Of a stretch of 64,000 nt of DNA, positions 36,746 to 44,772 are shown piece by piece. A program made the translations under genes and the position numbers. The stretch comes from Candidatus Aminicenantales bacterium (GTDB lineage: Bacteria > Acidobacteriota > Aminicenantia > Aminicenantales > Saccharicenantaceae). Within the stretch, counting starts at the first letter, position 1; each line of letters begins with the position of its first letter. Location of the stretch: positions 1 through 64,000 of the forward strand of contig JBEKXF010000015.1 in assembly GCA_049512315.1 (NCBI GenBank). Reading direction: 5' to 3'. The notes beneath the pieces were generated by a model, which was not told where the DNA came from, did no database searches, and saw nothing but the letters and a program-made list of their open reading frames with translations.

Positions 36746-39081
36746 ATTTTAAGGATTTCTTCCAATTTCGCGGTCGAGCCGAACTGCTGCTTCCAGCGCT
36801 GCTCGAGCTGGGGCATGAAGGCGGGGTCCGCGGCCCGGATTTTTTTCAGCCTCCCCCCAGCATAATCCTTCTCTGCATCGTCGAGCCCGTCCCACGCCGT
36901 CAGGTAGAAGTAAAGGATATTGAGGTTGAGAAACTCGTCAACCGGGTTGAGCTCGAGCGCCTGCCGGAAATAGAGCTTCGCCTTGTCCGCATATGTCATC
37001 AGCGGATAGTTATAGAGGAGATAGGTCATTCCCATCTCGTAATGAGCTGCGGAGTCGCAGGGGTTCTCCGCGATGACCGCCGCGTAGGCCGCGACCGCCC
37101 GGTCGCAGTACATGTCCCGTCTCTCGGCGTTTCCCGCCTCATTCTCCACCCGGGCCATGTCCAAGTAGAGCTGTCCCAGCGTTTTTCCTATCTCCGGGTT
37201 GCCCGCTTCCCCCGTCGCTCTTTTCAATAATCCCTCGAGCTCGGGAAAGGCGCTCTGCACGCTCCGGGCCCGCGACCGCGCGTCGCGATAGAGGCCGAGA
37301 TAATGGAAGCCGAGGAAGTCCCGCGTCGCGACAACCAGGAGGGCGAATGTCGCGATGCCCATGACGGCCGTTTTCCATGCTCTCGCTCCGCTCGTCCAGC
37401 CCGCACTTGTAATCGCGCGTCCGCCGCTGCCTCCCCCCGTCGACTCTCCCCTCTTGTCCCCTCGTCCCCCTTCGTCCACCGCCTCTCTTTTAACCGCGTT
37501 TCCTCCCACGCTTGAACTGACTGCCGAGCTTGCATTTGCGCCGCTCCCTTCTCTTTCCTTTCTCTTCGTGACGACGTTTGTGGCCAAGGCGCATAGCCCC
37601 ACGAAATAGACGGCATTGGCCGGGATCTGGAGGTTGAAGTCCGTGAACCCGTGGATAAGGATCGCCAGGATCCCCAGGATCGCGCCCAGCCCGACGCCCT
37701 TGGCGAAGTTCGCCCTCCTCTTCCTCCACCTCCCGGCCAAGACCACGAAGAGCCAGATCCCGGCCACGATCAGGCAGCCGCCCGCGACAACCCCGTTCTC
37801 GGCCGTGGCCTCCAGGTAGTCGTTGTGGGCGTAGGAAAGCTGGTACCCGTCGTCGATCTTCTTGTACATCGGGTAGACGTCGAGGTAGGTCCCCTTCCCC
37901 GCCCCCGTCAGCGGGAAGTCATGGATCATCTCCATGGTGTTCCGCATGACGACCAACCGCCCCTCCCGGCTGAAGTCGGTCTCCGTGAACCGCTCGATGA
38001 CCGGACCGATCCCGAGCCACAGAGCCACGGCCAGCACGGCCGCGACGACGAGTCTCAGGATGCCGCGGGCCCGCTTCCGCTCGTCCGCCCGGTCCCAGAG
38101 CTCCCGCCAGCTCCCGAGCGCCCCGGCGGCCAGGAGGACGGTCACCAGGAAAATCATGATGCCCGACCGTGACTTCGAAAAAACGAGGGCGATCCCGATG
38201 AAAACGCTGCCGAGCCCGACGAGGAGCGACCACTGCAGGCTCTCCTGGCTGAACCAGAGGAATCTTTGGCGCCACCCGAGCCCCTTATCCATCAGGAAAT
38301 ACCGCGCCCGGGCCAGGAGATGGCCCAGGCTCAGCGGGAAAGCCATCTCCATGAAGCCGGCGAAATGGTTGCGGTTGATGTAGGTCCCCGTCACCGAGCC
38401 GATGTAATACTTTTTCTGGTAATCGAAGATCCTCTCCGACCAGCTGAAGGTCTCGGCCATCCCGTAGATAGCTTGGAAAAACGCCGACCCGATCATGACG
38501 AGGACGAAGATCTCGAGGCGGCGGCGTCCCCTGGCTGTCCGCAGGACGAGGAACCCGAAGATCCCGTAGCAGACCATAAGGATGAGCTTCCCGGCCGAAA
38601 GCCCCGGCGCCAGCGACAGCGTCCACCAGGCGCGCCCGTCCCATCCGGCCAACCCGTCGCGGGCCATCTCCTGGAAAATCGCGGCCGCGCGGGGCGAAAG
38701 GATTTTCACGGCCACGGGCGGCAAGGGCAGGATCTGGATGACGGAGGCGACAAGGAAGACGGCGAGCAGCACTTTCACGGCCCGCGGGATGGCCTCCGAA
38801 GCGCCGCCGATTTCGGGGCCGGCTCCGTTCCAATCCTCCTCCCCCCTCGCCCTGAATCCGCTTTCGGGCGGGCCGGAGAACCGGGTTTTCCCGGAAAATC
38901 CTTCGCTTATCCCGGGCGCCCCACGCCGCCGGGCCAAGAGCTCGCCGCCCACGTAGATGAGGAAAAGCGCGAGCGTCGCGGCCTCGAAGACGAAGATCGC
39001 CCACTCCTGGACCGACCCGATGGGAAGGGGGACGAAAACGAGGACCGCGCACAGTCCCCAGAAAACGATCGATTTATGCAC
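36727..39081 (-). CDS. O-antigen ligase / Wzy_C family membrane protein with C-terminal TPR-like domain
   Basis: GTYINRNHFAG, SKSRSG, PLTGAGKGTY and AHNDYLE motifs; helical TPR-like tail. Confidence 0.9.
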   Translation of the reverse strand: MHKSIVFWGLCAVLVFVPLPIGSVQEWAIFVFEAATLALFLIYVGGELLARRRGAPGISEGFSGKTRFSGPPESGFRARGEEDWNGAGPEIGGASEAIPRAVKVLLAVFLVASVIQILPLPPVAVKILSPRAAAIFQEMARDGLAGWDGRAWWTLSLAPGLSAGKLILMVCYGIFGFLVLRTARGRRRLEIFVLVMIGSAFFQAIYGMAETFSWSERIFDYQKKYYIGSVTGTYINRNHFAGFMEMAFPLSLGHLLARARYFLMDKGLGWRQRFLWFSQESLQWSLLVGLGSVFIGIALVFSKSRSGIMIFLVTVLLAAGALGSWRELWDRADERKRARGILRLVVAAVLAVALWLGIGPVIERFTETDFSREGRLVVMRNTMEMIHDFPLTGAGKGTYLDVYPMYKKIDDGYQLSYAHNDYLEATAENGVVAGGCLIVAGIWLFVVLAGRWRKRRANFAKGVGLGAILGILAILIHGFTDFNLQIPANAVYFVGLCALATNVVTKRKEREGSGANASSAVSSSVGGNAVKREAVDEGGRGDKRGESTGGGSGGRAITSAGWTSGARAWKTAVMGIATFALLVVATRDFLGFHYLGLYRDARSRARSVQSAFPELEGLLKRATGEAGNPEIGKTLGQLYLDMARVENEAGNAERRDMYCDRAVAAYAAVIAENPCDSAAHYEMGMTYLLYNYPLMTYADKAKLYFRQALELNPVDEFLNLNILYFYLTAWDGLDDAEKDYAGGRLKKIRAADPAFMPQLEQRWKQQFGSTAKLEEILKIGVGPI

Positions 39082-39094
39082 CGCGCTCCATCAT

Positions 39095-39130
39095 AAAAAA
39101 AAGCAGGAGGAATGTCTATCCCCCCTGCTT
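39095..39130 (-). terminator. Intrinsic terminator directly upstream of the O-antigen-ligase-like gene
   Basis: Minus strand AAGCAGGGGG...CCTCCTGCTT stem running into a T8 tract. Confidence 0.75.
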
Positions 39131-39240
39131 GGAATTGCGGTTTGCCCCTCTTCGGGCAACATCCGCCTTCAGACAGGATGCGTGACTACCGCGCGCTTAT
39201 CTTTGGCCTCGAAGCCTTTTGAGGCTTTCTCTGAATCCCT

Positions 39241-39762
39241 TTACCTGATCGGCGACTCTTCCTTATTCTTCGACAACACCAGGAACAGCACCGCGCCCGC
39301 GACGATCACCAGGATGACGATGCCGGCCGGAGACGTGAAGAAGCTTTTCTTTTTCGCGTCGACTCCCGTGGTCTGGCCGCCTTCCTGCAAGGCAACCGAC
39401 AGCTTGGCCATTTCGTTCCCCTTGAGGACCAGGGCATAATCGAAGTTGAAATCGTGTTTGGCCGCCGTGACGCCGAGGATGTAGCGGCCCTCCTCGATCC
39501 CCGTGATCCTGTACATGCCGTTGGCGTCGGTCGGCATGCTCTCATACTCCATCGCCTTCTCAAGGTTTCGAAGCTTGACCGTGGCGTTCGGGACGGGCGT
39601 CTTCATGTCCTTGTCATAAATGAAGCCGACCAGGGATCCGCCGGCCGCCGGCAGGGCCGCCTTGGCCTGGGCGAATTCTGCGACCGGCGTCACCAAGAGA
39701 ACGAACGCCGCCAGAACGCAGCTAACCAAAATGCGAGACCGAAAGACACTGTTGATGATCAT
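39241..39762 (-). CDS. Exported carboxypeptidase-regulatory-like (prealbumin-fold) domain protein with C-terminal TM anchor, paralog 1
   Basis: Signal peptide; GSLVGFIYD..TPVPNATVKL..TDANGMYRITGIEEGRY; tail FFTSPAGI-TM-KNKEESPIR. Confidence 0.8.
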   Translation of the reverse strand: MIINSVFRSRILVSCVLAAFVLLVTPVAEFAQAKAALPAAGGSLVGFIYDKDMKTPVPNATVKLRNLEKAMEYESMPTDANGMYRITGIEEGRYILGVTAAKHDFNFDYALVLKGNEMAKLSVALQEGGQTTGVDAKKKSFFTSPAGIVILVIVAGAVLFLVLSKNKEESPIR

Positions 39763-39853
39763 GCTTAACCTCCCCTGATCTCAAGAAAATAATAATCGCA
39801 ATTCCGATTCCTGTCCAGCGATTATTTATTCCCTCTTGAGATATCATCTTTCG

Positions 39854-39959
39854 CGTAAGTCCCGCTTTTGGGCCACGGAAATAAAGACTTAAGGCGGGAA
39901 AAGCGGGGCGCAGATAGCCTAATTGTATTATTTTGTTTCAGTTATCGTGGTCCGACCCC
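39854..39959. mobile_element. Solo end module of the Y1 element family
   Basis: 40-bp palindrome CGTAAGTC...GACTTAAG (39854-39893) and GGTCCGACCCC ending at 39959, with the same 66-nt offset as the other four ends. Confidence 0.82.
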
Positions 39960-39969
39960 GAAATAGACC

Positions 39970-40497
39970 TCACCTGACCGGCGAAGCCTCCTCTTTTTTC
40001 TTCGTCAGCTCGTAAACCCCGAACCCTGCGCCGCCGACCGCAAAGATGATCACGGCGATCCCCGCGGGTGTGCCGAAGAATTTTTTCGACGTGCTCGAAC
40101 CCAGCCCCTTTCCTTCCAGGACCCCAGCCCCTTTCATGGACAGGCTGAGCTTGGCCCTCTCGCCCGCCTTGATATAAACCCCGTAGTTCAGGTTGAAATC
40201 GCCCAGGTCAGATTTGATACTTAACGTGTACCAGCCCTCGTCAATGCCCGTGATCGCGTACATCCCTGCCTGGTCCGTCGTGCTCGAGAGCTCTTTTTGG
40301 GTATTGAGGTTCCGGATCTTGACCGTGGCGCCGGCAACCGGGGTCCTCATATCGGAACCGTACACGAAGCCCGTGATCGCCCCTCCCTTGAGCGGCGCCT
40401 GGGAGGCGAATTCATTGACCGGTGTCATCAGCATGATAAACGCCGCCATCACCCAGACCACCATCACCTTTGACCGAAAAATGCTAAAATTTAGCAT
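39970..40497 (-). CDS. Exported carboxypeptidase-regulatory-like domain protein with C-terminal TM anchor, paralog 2
   Basis: AGGAGG RBS before ATG 40497; colinear with paralog 1; tail FFGTPAGI-TM-KKKEEASPVR. Confidence 0.8.
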   Translation of the reverse strand: MLNFSIFRSKVMVVWVMAAFIMLMTPVNEFASQAPLKGGAITGFVYGSDMRTPVAGATVKIRNLNTQKELSSTTDQAGMYAITGIDEGWYTLSIKSDLGDFNLNYGVYIKAGERAKLSLSMKGAGVLEGKGLGSSTSKKFFGTPAGIAVIIFAVGGAGFGVYELTKKKEEASPVR

Positions 40498-40532
40498 AAT
40501 TTTGGCCTCCTTTTTAACAATAATAACGCATT

Positions 40533-41336
40533 TCACCTTATTTTTACAAGGAATTGTTTTCTTGGCATGGGCCGGCGCTCTGCCCAGGTCTTCCGCCTCA
40601 GGGGGTTCTCGGGCTCCCCCCAGTCAGGCAGGGCCCTGTTCTCGAGGATCGCCCGCGGGATTTCGGTGACCATGGCCACGGCCTTCGCCTCTCCCACGAT
40701 CTTCCGCGCTGCCTCGACCGCCCCGCTCAGCACGGGCGGCCTCATCAGCGACGAATGGGCGTCGCTCGCGATGATATGGACCAGGTTGTGTTCCATGAAG
40801 AGCCCGGCCGCGCTCCGCGTCTCGCGGCCGAACTCGCCCGTGAGGCTCATGGCCGTGACCTGCGCGATGCAGCCCATCGACACGAGTTCGTATAGCACCT
40901 CCGGCCGCTCCATGAACCCTCTGTTCCGCTCGGGGTGGCTGATGATGGGCACGAAGCCCTTGGCCATGAGGCTGTAGATCAGGTTCCCTATGCCGGGCGG
41001 CACAGTGTCGCTCGGCAACTCGATGAAAACATAATTCGTGTCGTCGAGCGTGAACCCGTATTTTTCGATCGATGCGACGACCTCGGGATGGACGAAGACC
41101 TCGGCCCCCCAGTGAAAATCGATCGGCACCCCATCCATGCCTTCGACGAACTCGGCCATCCTCTGCCTGAGGACGTTCAGGTTATCGCCATAGCGGCTCA
41201 GCCGGAAGACATGCGGCGTCAGCGCGATCACCGTGATGCCGTCCTTCTCGGCGATCCGGCACATCTCGCGGGCCTGGGGGCGGTCGTCCGGGCCGTCGTC
41301 CCAGTCCCAGAGCAGGTGCGTATGAAGGTCGATCAC
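40533..41336 (-). CDS. CpsB/CapC-family PHP tyrosine phosphatase
   Basis: MIDLHTH, DDGP, TPH, HPERN and ASDAH motifs. Confidence 0.92.
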   Translation of the reverse strand: MIDLHTHLLWDWDDGPDDRPQAREMCRIAEKDGITVIALTPHVFRLSRYGDNLNVLRQRMAEFVEGMDGVPIDFHWGAEVFVHPEVVASIEKYGFTLDDTNYVFIELPSDTVPPGIGNLIYSLMAKGFVPIISHPERNRGFMERPEVLYELVSMGCIAQVTAMSLTGEFGRETRSAAGLFMEHNLVHIIASDAHSSLMRPPVLSGAVEAARKIVGEAKAVAMVTEIPRAILENRALPDWGEPENPLRRKTWAERRPMPRKQFLVKIR

Positions 41337-41370
41337 GGCGTGGTCCTCTTTAATTTAGTCGGCCGAGTAT

Positions 41371-41395
41371 GGGGTCAATACGTAGGTTTGACCCC
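41371..41395. repeat. Short GGGGTC-capped palindrome
   Basis: GGGGTCAA-N9-TTGACCCC between wzc and the phosphatase gene. Confidence 0.55.
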
Positions 41396-41404
41396 GTCCT
41401 GCAT

Positions 41405-43783
41405 CTAGGCGTGCCGCTCGTAGCTCTGGTAATAATCCCTGTAAGCGTAGCCCTGGTGGTCCATGTTGACGTTGTTGATGATGACCCCGAGGGTCCTCAC
41501 CTTGAGCAGGTCGAGCTTCTCCCGCGCCTTTCTCAGCGCCTCCCGCGACGTCTTGTCCCCGTGGATGACCAAAATCATCCCGTCCACCCGCGCCCCCAGG
41601 ATCAGCGCGTCCGAGATCTCGAGCATGGGCGGCATGTCGAACAGGATGTAGTCGCACTTGTCGCGCAGCAGCTCGATAAAAGCCGCCATCTTTTCCGAGC
41701 CCAGAAGCTCGGCCGGATTCGGCGGCACCGGCCCCGCGTTGATCAGGCACAGGTTCGGGACGGCCGTCGTCTTGACGACCTTCCGGAGCTCGATCGAATC
41801 CGTCAGGTAGCTCGTCAGCCCGAACGTGTTCTTGACGTTGAAGACACGGTGCTGCCTCGGCTTCCTCAAGTCCGCGTCCACGATGAGCACGGTCTTCCCC
41901 GACTGGGCCAGGGTGACGCCCAGGTTGGCCACGGAAACCGTCTTCCCTTCCCCGGGAACGGCGCTCGTCACGATAATGGTCTTCATCGGCTGGTCGGCGC
42001 TCGAAAGCAGCAGGGCCGTTCGGATCGAGCGGTAGCTCTCGGCCAGCCGCGAGTTCGGGAAATGGTGCGGGACGAGCTCGATCATCCGGGGATGGATCGG
42101 CGCGGCCTTGGGCGCCGCGGCCGGCGCTACCTGCGCCTCCGCTTGCTGCGTTCCCGCGTCCGCCGCCACCTGGATCACTTCTTCCGTCTTCTCCTCGGGC
42201 TTTCTTTCTTTCTTCCGCCGGGAGTAAAGATACCCCTTCTCGGTTCCGCCCACCGAGAACCTCGGCACCACGCCGAGCGTCGGCAATCCCGCGTACCGCT
42301 CCACGTCCTCGCTCGTCTTGATGCTGTTGTCCAGGAAATCAAACAAGAAGGCGAGCCCGACTCCTCCGCCAAGTCCTAGCAGAAGCGCCAGGGCCAGGTT
42401 CCGCGCTTTCCGCGGGCTCGACGGCCGCACAGGCACCCTCGCTCTGTCCACGACCCTCATGTTCGACGTCCGCAGCCCCTTGAGCCGCGCCTCGACCCCC
42501 GTCTCGCTCTCCCGCCTGAGCAGCGAATCCAACAAAGTCTTCTTGTTCTGGACCTCGATCTTGAGTCCGTTGTAGAGCACCGCGCTCGAATTCATGTTGA
42601 AGGCCGCGTTCTTCTGCTCGTTGAACGCCCCCTCGAGCGATCCCTCCCTTTTCAGAGCCGTCTGGTAATCGGAATATGCCCCTTTGACCAGGTTCTGCGT
42701 CTCGTCCTCGAGCGACTTCCGGGCCGCTTCCATCTCGACTTTGGCCCTCTGCAGCTCCGGGTAATCCGGCTGGAAGCGCTCCTCCATCTTCTGGTATTCC
42801 CGCTTGAGCTTGACGTAGTCCTCCCTCAGCCGCTGGATAAGCAAATTGTTGATCGCCTCCGGCACGAAATCCGCCGTGACGTTCTTGAGCTCGTTGTACG
42901 TCGCCTCTTTCTTATACCGGTCGATCTGGGCCTCGGTCAGGGCCTTGTTGAGCTCACCCAGCCGGTCGATGATCGTCGTCTCCTTATCGCCCAAGGCCAC
43001 GATATTCGCCTTGGCCTCGAGGTCCTGGAGCTCGCGCGATTTCTGCTCGATGTCCGTCTGGAGCGTCTTGATCTGCTCGCCCAGGAACTCCGTGGCCTGC
43101 TCCGTGGCCGCGTACTTCATGTTGATATTGAGGTCGATGAAGGCGCTGGCCAGCTCGTTGACGCACTCGGCCGCAAGCTTAGGGTCCCGCGCATCGAAGC
43201 TCACCTCGACCAGGCGAGTCAGCCGGACCGGCTTCACCTGGAGCCTCCGCGTAAAGCCGTCGATGAGGTTCTCCCGGAAGACGTGGTCATTGGGGTCCGG
43301 GAGCTTTTTCCGCTTGTCGGGCTTGCCGACAAATTCCTCGTTCGCGTAAAGCTTGAGCCGCGAGATGACGTCGTCGGCCAGGGTCCTTCCGCTCAGCAGC
43401 CGGTACTGCGTCTGGTAGAAATCGTCCCGCATCGTCTCGATCTGAAAGACCTGGTCGAACGAGAGGATATTTGGCTCTTTCTCGATGAGGAGCGTCCCTT
43501 TTGCCGTGTACACGGGCCTCTGGACGAAGGTCCAGAAGGCGGTCAGGACGAAGACGACCGCCGCGACCGACAGGACCGTCCCCTTCCGCCGCCGGATCTT
43601 CTCCCAGTAGTCCTTAAGGTTGATCTCCTGCTGGGGCCCGAGCTCGTATTCGGCGACCGGGATCTCATGCCGGAGCATGCCGCCCCGGTGGGAATCGTAC
43701 CGCTCAACGCCGTTCCGGCCCGCCTCGGGCCTTTGGCCTTCGTATCTCTGCATCCCGTCCCTATCTTCCCTGTTGTCGTCCAT
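41405..43783 (-). CDS. wzc: Polysaccharide co-polymerase / tyrosine autokinase
   Basis: Wzz-like periplasmic domain; ESYRSIRT, Walker A PGEGKT, DADLRKP, DMPP; Tyr-rich tail. Start taken at MDDN. Confidence 0.93.
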   Translation of the reverse strand: MDDNREDRDGMQRYEGQRPEAGRNGVERYDSHRGGMLRHEIPVAEYELGPQQEINLKDYWEKIRRRKGTVLSVAAVVFVLTAFWTFVQRPVYTAKGTLLIEKEPNILSFDQVFQIETMRDDFYQTQYRLLSGRTLADDVISRLKLYANEEFVGKPDKRKKLPDPNDHVFRENLIDGFTRRLQVKPVRLTRLVEVSFDARDPKLAAECVNELASAFIDLNINMKYAATEQATEFLGEQIKTLQTDIEQKSRELQDLEAKANIVALGDKETTIIDRLGELNKALTEAQIDRYKKEATYNELKNVTADFVPEAINNLLIQRLREDYVKLKREYQKMEERFQPDYPELQRAKVEMEAARKSLEDETQNLVKGAYSDYQTALKREGSLEGAFNEQKNAAFNMNSSAVLYNGLKIEVQNKKTLLDSLLRRESETGVEARLKGLRTSNMRVVDRARVPVRPSSPRKARNLALALLLGLGGGVGLAFLFDFLDNSIKTSEDVERYAGLPTLGVVPRFSVGGTEKGYLYSRRKKERKPEEKTEEVIQVAADAGTQQAEAQVAPAAAPKAAPIHPRMIELVPHHFPNSRLAESYRSIRTALLLSSADQPMKTIIVTSAVPGEGKTVSVANLGVTLAQSGKTVLIVDADLRKPRQHRVFNVKNTFGLTSYLTDSIELRKVVKTTAVPNLCLINAGPVPPNPAELLGSEKMAAFIELLRDKCDYILFDMPPMLEISDALILGARVDGMILVIHGDKTSREALRKAREKLDLLKVRTLGVIINNVNMDHQGYAYRDYYQSYERHA

Positions 43784-43805
43784 GTTGAACCTCATTATCG
43801 AAATC

Positions 43806-43845
43806 GGTGACATGCTCCGAATTTCTTAATTCGGTACGTGTCACC
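43806..43845. repeat. GGTGAC-capped palindrome (short relative of copies A and B)
   Basis: GGTGACATG-CTCCGAATT-TCTT-AATTCGGTA-CGTGTCACC between wza and wzc. Confidence 0.65.
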
Positions 43846-43862
43846 AGATTTCGGATATCATT

Positions 43863-44756
43863 TTACGGCGTCCAGAACGATTCCGGCACGAACACGACAT
43901 CGCCTTCCAGGAGGGGGAAGTCCTTCTTTTTCCCGCTGATGATGTCTTTCAAGTTGATCCTGAACTTCTGCTCCCTGCCTCCGGGGCCTTTCCGGGTGAT
44001 CGTGACGGCGCTCGGCTTGGCCCCTTCGGCCAGCCCGCCGGCTTGGGCGATCGCGCTGAGCAGGGTCACCTTTTCCGAAATCCTAAACTTTAGGTCGCCG
44101 GGCTTCGTCACCCGCCCGAAGACGAAAACCCTGATTTCCTTGTCCACGGGGACGTTGATGACATCGTTCGGCTCGATCGGAATGTTGAGCTTCTGGTTCC
44201 CGTTGACCATGAGGTCCTTGAGGTCGATGGGGATCGTGGACGTGGCCCCGTTGCCCCCGTCCCTCAGGACAAAGATATCGTCCGTGGCTTTGTCGGTCAG
44301 GCCCCCGGCCTGGGAGATTATCTGGAGCAGGTTTTTCCGCCCGACGAGCTCGTAGTTCCCCGGCTTCTCGACGGCGCCGATCACGGCCACCTGCTGATTC
44401 TTATATTCCTTGATGAACACAGTCACCTGGGGATTCTTGACATATTTCGCCTGGAGAAGAGTCGTTAGCTTCTGGACGACGCCGCTCTGGGTCAGACCCT
44501 CGATCTCGATCCGGCCGAGGAGCGGCAGGGTGACGGACCCGTCCTCCGAAACCCGGACGACCTGGTTGAGCTGCTCGACTTCGAAGACCTTGATCTCGAG
44601 GAGGTCCCCCGGACCGATTCGATAGGCCTTGACGAAAACGTCTTTGGCTTCCTGGTCCTGAGACGTTTGCCGCGATGGCTGTTGCGGCGCCGTTAGCGCC
44701 GTGGCGTAAGCGGTGTTCACAAGAATCAACATGAAGACAAGCAGAATTTTTCTCAT
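43863..44756 (-). CDS. wza: Polysaccharide export protein (Poly_export + SLBB domains)
   Basis: YRIGPGDLLEI, V..DGSVTLPLLG, GAVEKPG and AGGL SLBB motifs; lacks the C-terminal OM helix. Confidence 0.88.
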   Translation of the reverse strand: MRKILLVFMLILVNTAYATALTAPQQPSRQTSQDQEAKDVFVKAYRIGPGDLLEIKVFEVEQLNQVVRVSEDGSVTLPLLGRIEIEGLTQSGVVQKLTTLLQAKYVKNPQVTVFIKEYKNQQVAVIGAVEKPGNYELVGRKNLLQIISQAGGLTDKATDDIFVLRDGGNGATSTIPIDLKDLMVNGNQKLNIPIEPNDVINVPVDKEIRVFVFGRVTKPGDLKFRISEKVTLLSAIAQAGGLAEGAKPSAVTITRKGPGGREQKFRINLKDIISGKKKDFPLLEGDVVFVPESFWTP

Positions 44757-44772
44757 CTCAACCTTCCCTTAT

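Noticed and set aside
39135..39192. c-di-GMP-I riboswitch (GTCACGCA and GGGCAAACC words on the minus strand)
   Set aside because: The GNRA tetraloop/receptor arrangement and second stem expected after GGCAAACC are missing
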